Positions 29,401-36,376 of a stretch of 64,000 nt of DNA are shown here, piece by piece. The DNA is from a virus (taxonomy: Duplodnaviria; Caudoviricetes), in the IMG/VR virus record IMGVR_UViG_3300002835_000097, positions 24,058-88,057 of that record. One strand, given 5' to 3'. The stretch's first letter is position 1. Every line of letters starts with the position of its first letter. A program made the position numbers and the translations under genes. The notes beneath the pieces were generated by a model. The model made no database searches. It had not been told where the DNA came from and saw nothing but the letters and a program-made list of their open reading frames with translations.

Positions 29401-32289
29401 TCATCTAGAAAAAATGCTGAAAGATGGGGAGCTAAACAATATACTAGTGCTGAGGACTACTTTGCTGCTCAAGGAGCAAGACAAGATTATCTTGACAGAC
29501 AAGCAAGAATAAGAAAAGAAAATGAGGCATCTGCTGAAGGATTTAAGGCAGGGGTTTCCCATGTTGTTAATATGACGGAACCACAATATGCTGCGGCATT
29601 TAGATCCACATATGGAGATACAGCAGCCGATGCTCTTGGTAGAGCTACTAGAATGGATCCATCAGTAGGGCGTAATAATGAAAATACAAGAATAAAAGAC
29701 GAAGAGAAAAAAACACGAGAAACATTCGATAGGGCTAAAAATTATGAGGGGCCACTAGGAAATGCTGCTTATGTTGGAGATACTTTAACACAAGCTATTG
29801 TTGGAGCATTACCACAAGATCGTGCTCGTAATGATAGTCAAGACATGAAAGACATTAATGCTCGTCGTGATGCTTATAGAGAAAGAGAAAAACTAGCTGG
29901 AAATAAAGATTTTAGTTTTGAAAATAGTAGTAATTCTTTTTATAGAGGTCTTGGAACTACAGGCAGATACATTGGAGATCTTACTGCAGTAGCTACTAGT
30001 CCCTTTAGAATTATTGGCGGAGGTGGGGGAGCATTGTTGGGTGGGGCATCATTAGGCATTGCAGAAACTCAAAAGGTGCTTGGTTATGACGATACTATGG
30101 CTAGAGCTTTTGGCGATAAGGCATTAAGTCAAGCGTCTGATTCTGTTGGTGCTGGTATTTCAGATATTAATAGACTAGCTGAACAAACAGGCAGATTAGC
30201 CACCTATGCCGGTATTCCTTTTGGATTAGAAGCAGATCCTTTACTTAAAAATAATTCAGCAGGAATGATATTCGACGAAAGAAATGTTTCTGAAGCTGGA
30301 CCTTTAGGGCCCGTAGTTAGGGCCGCTAATGTGATTAGAGATGTTACTGCTGATTCGGTTATGCCATTACCAATTCCTGGAGCTGGTAAAGTTAGAAGCG
30401 TTGCTGGCAGATTGGATGATATGGACAAAGCTGCAGAAAAAGCCTATAAAGTTTCGCAAAGAGCCTACGAAGCAGCACAAAGATCATCCATAGCCAGTGC
30501 CACAGAATCTACTATTCCTAAAATGATCCAAAATTATGTAGAAAAATTGCCAATACCTTCAGAGGCTACAGGTTCTATAGGGTCCATGGGACGGTTAAGC
30601 AGAGGGGAAGCTTTATCTAGATCATTAAAAGATTTGAGAGAAGTAAAAGTGCCGTCATTACGCAGTGACCCTATGGATATGTCTAAACTTGGTAAATCAG
30701 CAAAACAATCACAACCAATATTAGATCCTTTACAAGAAGCTGCCAAATCAGCTGCTAAGCCCAGAATTACGGCAGCAGAATATACAAAACGTGCAGAAGA
30801 AGCAAGATCTGCTGCCAGAGCCAGCAAGCCAAGAGTTACTGCTGAAGAATTTATGGCCAGAACAAAACCAGATGCAACAACATTACCAATCAAACGACCA
30901 CTTCCAGAAGTTATAGATGTTACTGATACCAAAACACTAAGACAAGTTCAAGAGAATTTAGCTAGTGATTTGGCTGATTATGCTACTCCAGCAAAAAGAG
31001 ATCAGTTCTTGTCAGAATTTGTTGAAAAGTCTACACCGCAATCGGTATCTGTTGATCCTAAAGCACTAGCTGAGGCCAAAAAGAAAGTTGCTAAGACCAT
31101 AGGTCCGGTAAAAGCCCCAGACGGCATGGTTACTTCAGGTAACAAAATGATATTTAAGGACGCTAAGACAAAAACATCAGTAGTACAGCATGAATTAGCC
31201 CACTCTTTTCAAACTAAAACTGCTGGAATGAAGGGTGATCCTTTTGGAGGTAAAAAAATACAGCTATCAGGACTAATGAAGGAAATCGAGTCATTTGTTG
31301 ATGATCCGAAGGGATTAGTTGCTATAACAGGAGGCAAAGGATATTCTGCAAGTCAAATCAAAAAAGCCCCATATGAACTACTAAGCACCTTGATGCAACA
31401 TATGGAAAAGGTAAAGGGTAATAAAAGAGCAGAAAATATTTTAAAAAAATTAATGAAATTCCATGGATATAGTAAGGGAGGATTAGTATATGCTAATAAT
31501 GGAGCTTTTATTAATGCTAACAATGGAACTACAGATGATACTCCTGCAATGTTAACTAAAGGAGAATTTGTAATAAATAGACAAGCTACTAAAAAACATA
31601 TGCCACTTCTCAATGCTATTAATAGTGGTCATTTAAATAGAGGCGGAATTGTTAATTATTTGGCCAATGGAGGTATAGTCGGTCCACAATATCTTGCTGC
31701 TGGTGGTCGATCAATGGCTAGTATATCAAATTCTAATATATTACCAGAACTATTAAATAAATTATCAAATACTGGCATGAATTCTTCTGGTGGAGCCTCA
31801 CAACTAGCACCTCTTTCTAATGTTGTACAGACACTTAAACAAACCGCATCCTCTGCCGGTGGTGTATCTAATAATGTTAGTATAGATACGGCTAATATAT
31901 CATCATCCATACAGGATGCTGTTACAAATGCTATTGGTCAATTTAATGAATATACAGAGCAAATTGGGGCTAATTTTACTGAACAGTTTGGTGCTGCACA
32001 AAAAAGTTTGTCATCATCTATCAACACATTCCAAACAGCCACCGCTCAATTTGGAGAACATGCAAATGCTATACCAACGTCATTATCTGCTAATGTTACG
32101 CAAACAACATCACTTCACCATATTGGTTTAGAATCTATAAAAGGTAATATGGAAAAAAATATATACGACAATACTTCTGTTAGTTCAAAAAATATTGCCC
32201 AAGACACCGTCATGCAATATGATAAAACTGTTTTTGAAGGAGGCATGAATAGTGCCGCTAAACCAAGTATTATGGGACGACCATCATAA
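17437..32289 (+). CDS. Giant tape measure protein (4950 aa) with embedded enzymatic cargo domains
   Basis: TP901-type TMP core near the N-terminus (YDKELVKLQQVTG..LAVEFGVSSKELTQVASTLAQAG..ESAETIATGLRTIFTRI); long Ala/Lys/Glu/Gln helical tracts; canonical position after tube and chaperone genes; four DTVPAML-GEFV-like modules. Confidence 0.9.
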   Translation: MATFNLTAQLNLKGPTNVKQIAAQIKKDLGALNANVQFKLDPAASKNVAALSSSLKVLNANFASTVKSANAATSAIKAFGNSVNSVKINNVPQQINQTSSAIAKLNKVSSSTSGGLQNAATEMQEFGKQAGLAVRRFVAFSAVTSVIYGVTNSINNGIQAFIDYDKELVKLQQVTGESAAGLSKLQSQISNLAVEFGVSSKELTQVASTLAQAGLSARETEKALKALALSSLAPSFDNMNETVEGSIAIMRQFGISAADLEASLGAVNTVAARFAVESSDIITAVQRTGSVFATASKGVSEGKDALNEFISVFTSVRATTRESAETIATGLRTIFTRIQRGTTIDALKEFGVNLTDAEGKFVGAYKAVELLSKGLGKIDPRSLDFSRIVEELGGFRQIGKVIPLIQQFSVAQQALKVAQQGQGSLAKDAATAQLSLANQISKVREEFFSLFREIGQSKGFQSLIRGALSLTSGLIKVADAVKGILPALAVLAAFKGFKALTEFTTGFATGVKRGPDGKANGGVIRKFARGGVVPGTGSGDTVPAMLEPGEFVIRKKAVETIGTDSLHSMNKYGSGGSIRAGKSNRRKRFGGGGKLYDDIDVQEYSKSNKQYAGRLKAYDADSINLLVDPTQTLVNKRFKKLTGDLIYPSEKGKFKVTSRLEGIDAFEIKASKKEREEYASQGGKGPAYASNREKGKRAKDITIDFISGLGKEKLAKIFIDANKVDYYGRPMAEIGALNKKLVGENVAKYSGTKKGQDIIQADKLANRLEIMKKNSGFGNTNKSSWDRVIKDDYMFNYMPAGSKDRFNSSGNIIQDDSRPLKTISDIGFIKKMTETKGLAKFMVGGKVERKIGVVDTDVLRDEANAAIVRPAMEKLGITDVSDYTTKLGELAGNARKSGSLSRFRAIAGAAGSGKSSLATGKGANDDATLRKTIRSQILTPEDIDKVNEVIVLTSTASQTKLDAYLKDVDRAYVLSSNSREEQDRVRSNRESRDITGEGLYGRKPGTTRAADIDFGLEETILRDELGKRATVLGRKKDSFGLRRKRESELPEIVQAGGFYMGGFAPPTRGHRGALDTLLENMLAKNPNSSLEDILVSVAPDLPMIVDKEGIDHAARYGIFPSDIRTLFSQMNFGNAMISTQSQTGGGLPKFMEVTDAGDRRKFARLKGAMAITSGKDDKTLGKYQRAGIDVTDIPRIEDISATAVRDALFNGDDKTLTSLMNPDIASILMGNRAQLRNRSTMVPMLIEEIQKFVDQDKVRSNAEVTEILSNAPGGPYGNVSADLKKNYPEIAEQVKQIRDKRDRVSKGAFGYRAFNIISALSAKYPETYGLDPSRKSAVSAQPSDITREAIAAQISEQMAGEFGGVPTAMPSGLEEAILKNVEKATQVKKSSGILPTQGSEILKRFGTQRLPNDPSFGPFSGKTVRDTAEGGKLKYWNSAFRPETKEDKLAYYIATRDYLIDKFNESQGIQKATALEDTTNAVLSSKQLGLVGLNPLGYTGLLGPETWNLGVDPSGQERSIDASIVQRGLPTEFQNVIDYLSGQTAEIVQGASKLLGITPKELTKKQRETLGQGNIEGALLEQIFGSADATILDDALRTRPIDFPMGIGPKAAKIFGIDPDIPTEVKRTIDSNSRGKAVEEFQKYFRQQYGIPDPEKVTAFADGGEVYTPQQLVSLAKYRTGPFPGGGTDSEFINRYLEDNDSFMEYLKTFHADPPKAYDATKNAAKDLLEMFTSQESMSGSKRSGKLYSTVAGGKLKTILTQINNPLNSNKDISDAIGKNFNLNGSLLSTSESPDTASVFQPENGSSAMLSIIRNKNIPSIDVDKAIFDTSTEEDIIKALSKYIDPVSGKSGADFLSRSRSATRIEKEFILPQTSKFRIDDIDRIFSKDQEDKLLGGNIRHIEGMKVQQFKDGGMAFGKENEFEKIRQKILNQYPDINFRISRRKNGFGYNILGGLKQESSNIGNYAEFKQAGNLSKIQEVADNMASSLLYEYGPNIDPSLLKKMQNKRKFANGGSAQDTVPALLTPGEFVVNKKAAEKIGYGKLEKLNKADKIQGYNKGGIVGGVQRFALGGGVDGFLSGLQSIASNLGRTQNITNNRPNSIDTSTIAVDPSILQDTKAFVDTLYDAGDGMKYLNRLLNENKQLSIQAVLEAGNKDLERLKISGASIDKIIEAEKALSNIRNKGLIDVTNRQFLESGFKESSVGKKLGSGATQQKILSLAEKEERRLIDKRKKAIEADIVSSSKQPISPSDLADQVAQAISSELNDIKTQAFSRATAAATGTKTSTGIKGNITESELKNLNITGNDIQKYISDSMRDRKTLRQMDQQLIAMRMEEYKNAGTVRGISVASAEEAKKLAQEEVSKRREAINDLAKMRGERGVGAAGLMDTRNSPINRAFRERYFTGDLGKSMQRGLGDIGLAAGLVAGQGDNIASALFDTKTDKGKIQAADTGARIDKAATTLSVGLTTSAQLAAINPMLGAAAAIGTALYAGADAVYDFSGTAKKAAQEMARALLNDKLSAASDNLSNALEKLSRDANNVELRAKTASTIKSLTDTALESTADTGITGKNKAETERNWSDFGRGILLAIGEIGVGMNPFYQDMDPVTLAKSKQGSYGMEEARVDAQKEAENFQKIANAGYTDLERLYAKGFTNDQIMDPTNEAGNIVRESIKGMILADSEKRALYMAAGPQGKEAIAGTAAQQAFLANDELAKASQEAAKLARAMEIADKAGRRLAASFDKIADIVNESVNRISFESDARVEAANQYASSLRGESRGSGPKLRERNILENPNAYSEAEFTAALQSATAGLSDGLRKQLIGGAQLQQNIPKNITKSIATVLDKSAGSGVDELKKAAVDTAKNEIENNANLSRQQKDELKQIATARIETIAKKAKDNNADNTTQVSEFRKELEEGTSVLGDFGKKLLDSIKGLSSFKEGALDKFAKGLNEASKAAKESQNYFRRSREISNEGNMNLREVLSGYGETYDEQFNRIMGDVGGLAGGETTVQGIKNRQIMLAEQRDTLQNQQNTLTDKDALRNNVEQLNKLDDQLRDNREALDMLANSTELVDKAFNNLQNTAELQNNRQNFVNQLLTNTPEEADKLNQSFIRLQRNLSGGLNSAYNQRDARKAFNETLFKTGNVREATRAGNTVLANQRKETLSLMQDPGFRAAQELQIRNQYAQNRGRPGVDADQAVAEYFQKQQLQVTKQMAIESGMINNPLVQQSLAVLEDRKADPAMQQAAERYLEAVGLRADATKAQGELALLESQSILKNSNDNLRISIDDLRASIEGNLNNANIGMDAAGNRIVNPGVAVPAPAAARSSGGLIYASSGKLIDFKPKGTDTVPAMLSPGEFVINSKSTQKHLPLLKAINSGNYSKGGVVYLQKGGKAGTNIDEDIDLNKDGTITDEERQIYQRRKELYLTRSFGQMDYRQAYFTRPFGYSKGGPVNYLANGGEVQKRKEERIDAQKESWMMSEAAGRRPDEVVSRTSSSWAESQVGSNKWQSMTEEQRQSETKKYEPEFQNRWDNYNNRQNDAQLRSANDAGYGSIKEDPNSGIVGVNFYNEEKKRAKERFEKASAAEAETEASNNQMTQSSMEQPAPVAVPLPDMTKIPWGRGAAIKIGPTQETINERKKIKSEESRRRSLWLKGSKGISSEEETEYATLKSNQIKREVGPYTVEKDRNISSLVNSAYRKGAQSNEITSEERSALKELGSDPRNRGSLRALSFSAALPPITSNGGKPDPIDPATVARINQSARPDIADPAVSSGVQTGNPSEGMVNRTANNRAYEANQAKKRKMAGLALGLSTEADQETADLLEQILFGGPIERPIENNPAREKRQAALTTNIINQALNKKTPDYSIATPTSGDQTTKTERLTKEFIGSSASRRAFNAVANNGGTLAEANAAAKNAIQSQAERSKSIVEKRKDEGKKVIDYYEQRLNEARADNDGDGRPDFSNEEIDKRKRERDSARVNFSGNMNPIGRQPESYYSSRKNAERWGAKQYTSAEDYFAAQGARQDYLDRQARIRKENEASAEGFKAGVSHVVNMTEPQYAAAFRSTYGDTAADALGRATRMDPSVGRNNENTRIKDEEKKTRETFDRAKNYEGPLGNAAYVGDTLTQAIVGALPQDRARNDSQDMKDINARRDAYREREKLAGNKDFSFENSSNSFYRGLGTTGRYIGDLTAVATSPFRIIGGGGGALLGGASLGIAETQKVLGYDDTMARAFGDKALSQASDSVGAGISDINRLAEQTGRLATYAGIPFGLEADPLLKNNSAGMIFDERNVSEAGPLGPVVRAANVIRDVTADSVMPLPIPGAGKVRSVAGRLDDMDKAAEKAYKVSQRAYEAAQRSSIASATESTIPKMIQNYVEKLPIPSEATGSIGSMGRLSRGEALSRSLKDLREVKVPSLRSDPMDMSKLGKSAKQSQPILDPLQEAAKSAAKPRITAAEYTKRAEEARSAARASKPRVTAEEFMARTKPDATTLPIKRPLPEVIDVTDTKTLRQVQENLASDLADYATPAKRDQFLSEFVEKSTPQSVSVDPKALAEAKKKVAKTIGPVKAPDGMVTSGNKMIFKDAKTKTSVVQHELAHSFQTKTAGMKGDPFGGKKIQLSGLMKEIESFVDDPKGLVAITGGKGYSASQIKKAPYELLSTLMQHMEKVKGNKRAENILKKLMKFHGYSKGGLVYANNGAFINANNGTTDDTPAMLTKGEFVINRQATKKHMPLLNAINSGHLNRGGIVNYLANGGIVGPQYLAAGGRSMASISNSNILPELLNKLSNTGMNSSGGASQLAPLSNVVQTLKQTASSAGGVSNNVSIDTANISSSIQDAVTNAIGQFNEYTEQIGANFTEQFGAAQKSLSSSINTFQTATAQFGEHANAIPTSLSANVTQTTSLHHIGLESIKGNMEKNIYDNTSVSSKNIAQDTVMQYDKTVFEGGMNSAAKPSIMGRPS

Positions 32290-32323
32290 AAATATTTTGT
32301 ATATTTCATAAGGTATAAATTAA

Positions 32324-35300
32324 ATGATAAATAATAAACTAATAAAAGTATTTGATAATGTTGGATTTTCATTTACGATAGAAAATGATCATTTTAAAAT
32401 TTTATCAAAACTTAAAAATTATAATTCATTAAATTCTACTCATGTTGGTTTTTATATACCTTATATAGCAAGAAATATATCTTATCAATATTTTGAAACT
32501 GGTGTTGGAGAAATAGTATTTGATGGCGCTGGTAATATCTCCGTTAAAAGAAACTCTATTTCATCATCTTCTAATGAAAATAAATCAGTTTTCTTTCCAG
32601 ATTCTGGTAATGAATTTTATGTTTTTGCTAATCAAAGTTATTTTGATACACTATTAAATAATGTTATTATATTAGATCGTAGCTCAATATTAGATAATAT
32701 AAGTGCTATATATTTAGTAGATACTTCTAATGGAGACATATCTCTAACATTACCAAGTCCATCTAAAAAAGATATTTTTCTAGAATTTAAAGTAATACAA
32801 TCATCTAATGCTTTAACTATTAGAGATTATAACGATAGAGTATTAACTGTTCTTGTGGGTAGCAATAATTATATCAGACTGGTTTCTACTGGCGAGGATT
32901 GGGTAGTACTAAACAAAATATCAGAGTCTGCTAATATACAGTCATTATCTGAAAATGATTCAGTATCAATGTTATCTAATCCTGTAGGCTCTAACTATTC
33001 TTTACAATATAAATATGATGATACAACTTTTGGATCCTCACAAGCGTACTGGTATTCTACTGCTAGTGGACAAGCTCTATTATTGGGTGCTGATAACCTC
33101 AATGATGCGAACTCGGTTCTTGCGACATCAGGAACAAATAATTTTCTATTTAATAAAAACAATGCAGCTAATGATTTTATAGTTTATGGTAGTGGTACAG
33201 ATAATAGAAATTTATTTTTCTCGTATGATGGTAAATTAGGTATTAATATGCCATCAGGAGTAAAGCCATCAACATTATTACACATAGTTAATAATCTATG
33301 TCAAAATTGTCAAGAAGGTATTAGATTAGAAAATAGGGCCTCGACTTATCCTACAAATATTACTTTATATTATAAACCATCAACTAATATTCCAGCTAAT
33401 ACTATAGTCTCAAGACTACAATTATCAGCATCTAATTCTTCTGGCATCCAAACAAACTATGGAAAAATAGAAGCTAGAGCAGTAAGTTCATCTCATGGAT
33501 CCGAAAGAGGCGCGATTGATTTGATAGTTGTATCAGGAAGTACAGGGGTAAAAACACTCAATACTAGTGTTGAAAATACTATTTTAGGATATCCAAACAC
33601 TAAAATTACTATTAATAATAATGGAAATATGATACTGTCTAATGGGTCAAACCAGATAGAGGTCGGATCCTCATCAACCACAGTATCATCTGAAACAGTA
33701 ACAATAACTGGTATTTCATATTTAAATACAATTAATTCTCAAAATATAACTTCTCCAAATATTTATGTTAGCAGTTTATCTCAAAGTGGATTGTTAACAA
33801 TGTCTAATGGTAAAATTGCTAATAGTCAGATAACAATTAATAGCAATGGGTCTTTAAATTTACCTATTCCCTCAAACAGAATACTCAGTACAACATCCAA
33901 TGGCTTGGTAACTGGTATTTATAATACAGATGATTATTTCTTAACGCAAAAAGATATAACATGGAATAAATATTCTCCAAAATCAGCTACAGTATGTTTA
34001 AGACAAGTTATATTAGTAAATCCAATTAGTTCAAATGAGTTTTCTGTTGATGATCAAATACTAATTAGTTTATCGGGCACTAATTATTATAGAAATATAG
34101 ATACAATAACACTAAATGGTGGTAATCAAATTACAGAAATGTTATTAGATACAGCCGTTCCTTTTGGTGATACTAACGATATTACTATACAGTCTATTAC
34201 CAAGGGTGGATATTTAAGTCTTTTTAGATACGCAGACAATGAAACTTCCGACTCAACATCTCATATTTTGAGCATTAGACCCAATTTCAGTACAGTATTT
34301 AATACATCCAAAAAAGATACAAATTTTGAAATCTATGGATTGAATAATAGTCCAGCTTTATTTGTACAAGCTAGTGGTTCAAGTGTAGGAATCAATACAT
34401 CAAACTTATTCACTATACCATCTGGGCAAAATGTAATTTTTCAACAACCCAGTAACATTCCAGCAAGTTTAACAGTTAGTGGCTGGCTGTATTCAGATAA
34501 TATTATGGTTGGATCAGCAAGCTCTGATGTTCCCGCGCTAGTCAGTCCAGGCATAATAGAATCAAGTGGAATAAGAGCCAAAAAAGTACAGTACATAAGT
34601 CTTGAACAAATAGATATTTCGGGAAATGTAATATCATCATCAACTTCTTCAATAATAAACAATAAAGTTGTAACTACTTTTGATCAGGGTATCAGAGCCT
34701 ATGCTAATACTGGTGACCCAGGTTTATATTTGTATCCCAAAATTAATAATGCATTGAGTGGAAATGCTTATGGTGGAGTTTCTTTTACTACATTTTTAGA
34801 CAGAGCCAAGTCAACTGCATCAGGATGGTCTTATGATAGAAAATCTAAAACCACTATTAATACTGATACTCCATATATTTTAGGTTCATTAGCAACTGGA
34901 ACATACGAAGCTAATGGTATAACAGTAACAGGATATGGTTATTTATATTCAGATTTAACCGTAAATGGTATTGCTTACGCATCCGAAATAGTATCTGAAG
35001 ATATATATTTAAGACCAGCTCCAAGTACAAATAATACTGGTAAATATATAGCAAATGCATTTTTAACTTTAGATCGTAATGGCAAAATAGTTTCACAAAT
35101 TCCAACAGCCAATTACACAACTCCAACTGCTCCTCAAAATCTATCAGCAACACAAGGCAACGGTATTGGTAATGGTGAGGTTTCTTTATCTTGGACAGCT
35201 CCTCAAAGTAATGGCGGCACTTCAATACTAGCTTATATACTAGAATTTTCTTTGGATTCTGGTTCAACATGGACAAGATTGCCTGTGGGTAATTATACTT

Positions 35301-35842
35301 TAAACAGGGCACTAAGTAATTCTACTCATTGTTCAATTTTAGGATTATCTTCTTTAAACACTTATCGTTTTAGGGTCGCTGCTCAAAATAATGTTGGAAT
35401 TGGATCTTTTTCACAGAATTCTTCAGCAATAACCCCAGCGTCCTCTGCTCCAAAGGCCGTAAATAACATAACGTATACTAGAACCTTTAATGATAATAAT
35501 ACATCAAGCATTGCATTAAGTTGGTCTGCAAGCGATGCTGGAGGATCTGCAATTATAGGTTATACTATTCAAGAGTCAACAGATAAGGGGTTAACATGGC
35601 AGGATTACAATAATACATCTAATTTAATAGATGATACCTCAGAAACCATATATGGAACAAGTTCTAGTTTAGATTATTATTATAGAGTTTCTGCTTGGAA
35701 TAATTATAATAGTTTAAATAATCAAAGTGCATTTGCTTACTCCTATGTTTCTGGAACAAATCCTGGAGCGCCATTTGACACAATAGATAGTAGTTTTTCT
35801 AATTGGGACTTTGGTATGGTATTATTTACAGGAGTGTGTTAA
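32324..35842 (+). CDS. Tail fibre-like protein with two C-terminal fibronectin type III domains
   Basis: N-terminal ETGVG..KRNSISSSS and YLVDTSNG.ISLTLP fibre motifs; C-terminal PTAPQNL..VSLSWTAPQSNGG..YRFRVAAQN and a second LSWSA..YYYRVSAWN. Confidence 0.75.
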   Translation: MINNKLIKVFDNVGFSFTIENDHFKILSKLKNYNSLNSTHVGFYIPYIARNISYQYFETGVGEIVFDGAGNISVKRNSISSSSNENKSVFFPDSGNEFYVFANQSYFDTLLNNVIILDRSSILDNISAIYLVDTSNGDISLTLPSPSKKDIFLEFKVIQSSNALTIRDYNDRVLTVLVGSNNYIRLVSTGEDWVVLNKISESANIQSLSENDSVSMLSNPVGSNYSLQYKYDDTTFGSSQAYWYSTASGQALLLGADNLNDANSVLATSGTNNFLFNKNNAANDFIVYGSGTDNRNLFFSYDGKLGINMPSGVKPSTLLHIVNNLCQNCQEGIRLENRASTYPTNITLYYKPSTNIPANTIVSRLQLSASNSSGIQTNYGKIEARAVSSSHGSERGAIDLIVVSGSTGVKTLNTSVENTILGYPNTKITINNNGNMILSNGSNQIEVGSSSTTVSSETVTITGISYLNTINSQNITSPNIYVSSLSQSGLLTMSNGKIANSQITINSNGSLNLPIPSNRILSTTSNGLVTGIYNTDDYFLTQKDITWNKYSPKSATVCLRQVILVNPISSNEFSVDDQILISLSGTNYYRNIDTITLNGGNQITEMLLDTAVPFGDTNDITIQSITKGGYLSLFRYADNETSDSTSHILSIRPNFSTVFNTSKKDTNFEIYGLNNSPALFVQASGSSVGINTSNLFTIPSGQNVIFQQPSNIPASLTVSGWLYSDNIMVGSASSDVPALVSPGIIESSGIRAKKVQYISLEQIDISGNVISSSTSSIINNKVVTTFDQGIRAYANTGDPGLYLYPKINNALSGNAYGGVSFTTFLDRAKSTASGWSYDRKSKTTINTDTPYILGSLATGTYEANGITVTGYGYLYSDLTVNGIAYASEIVSEDIYLRPAPSTNNTGKYIANAFLTLDRNGKIVSQIPTANYTTPTAPQNLSATQGNGIGNGEVSLSWTAPQSNGGTSILAYILEFSLDSGSTWTRLPVGNYTLNRALSNSTHCSILGLSSLNTYRFRVAAQNNVGIGSFSQNSSAITPASSAPKAVNNITYTRTFNDNNTSSIALSWSASDAGGSAIIGYTIQESTDKGLTWQDYNNTSNLIDDTSETIYGTSSSLDYYYRVSAWNNYNSLNNQSAFAYSYVSGTNPGAPFDTIDSSFSNWDFGMVLFTGVC

Positions 35843-36372
35843 TGAAAATTTTATTAAAAAGAGATGAAACAAGCCTAGGGTTCCCTGGCCCAGATCAGGT
35901 GAGCATTGGTGAATTAGTCATGAATAGTAAAACTGGTAAATTATATTCCAAACTTACTGACGGATCAATAATAGAATGGTCTGGTAAAATTGTTTGTCCT
36001 AGTAACACTCTATCAACAGATGCTAGATTATATTATAAATCTTCGCTAGTAAGTACAAATTTAATTAGTAACTTTTGCAGCACTGGTGATGCTCTGGAAT
36101 TTGAAGTTCTACCCATAATAAACGATTTTACTGATTACTCTTTTGAATTTGTAGAACTAACGAATAATTCTTCTGTTGGTAATATAGCTATATCTGAACC
36201 TGTTTATAGTACATATACAGATAATGGAATAACTCAATCAAAGGTTTCTGTTCGTGTTACTTTATCTATACCGAATCCACAACAATCAACTAGTATTTTC
36301 AAGTTTTCAGTATCAAGAACAGATATTAGTCAAAAAATTATTGAAAAACTAATAACAATACAGTGCGTGTAA
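35842..36372 (+). CDS. Small fibre/decoration protein with a fibre-type N-terminal attachment motif
   Basis: From ATG 35842 (TAATG overlap): MKILLKRDET..P..GELVMNSKTGKLYSK, like the N-termini of many phage fibre proteins. Confidence 0.55.
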   Translation: MKILLKRDETSLGFPGPDQVSIGELVMNSKTGKLYSKLTDGSIIEWSGKIVCPSNTLSTDARLYYKSSLVSTNLISNFCSTGDALEFEVLPIINDFTDYSFEFVELTNNSSVGNIAISEPVYSTYTDNGITQSKVSVRVTLSIPNPQQSTSIFKFSVSRTDISQKIIEKLITIQCV

Positions 36373-36376
36373 TACT

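Noticed and set aside
32296-32303. TTTGTATA before the 1172-aa gene as another promoter copy
   Set aside because: It has two mismatches to GGTGTATW and a shorter spacing (28 bp), which is too weak in AT-rich DNA.
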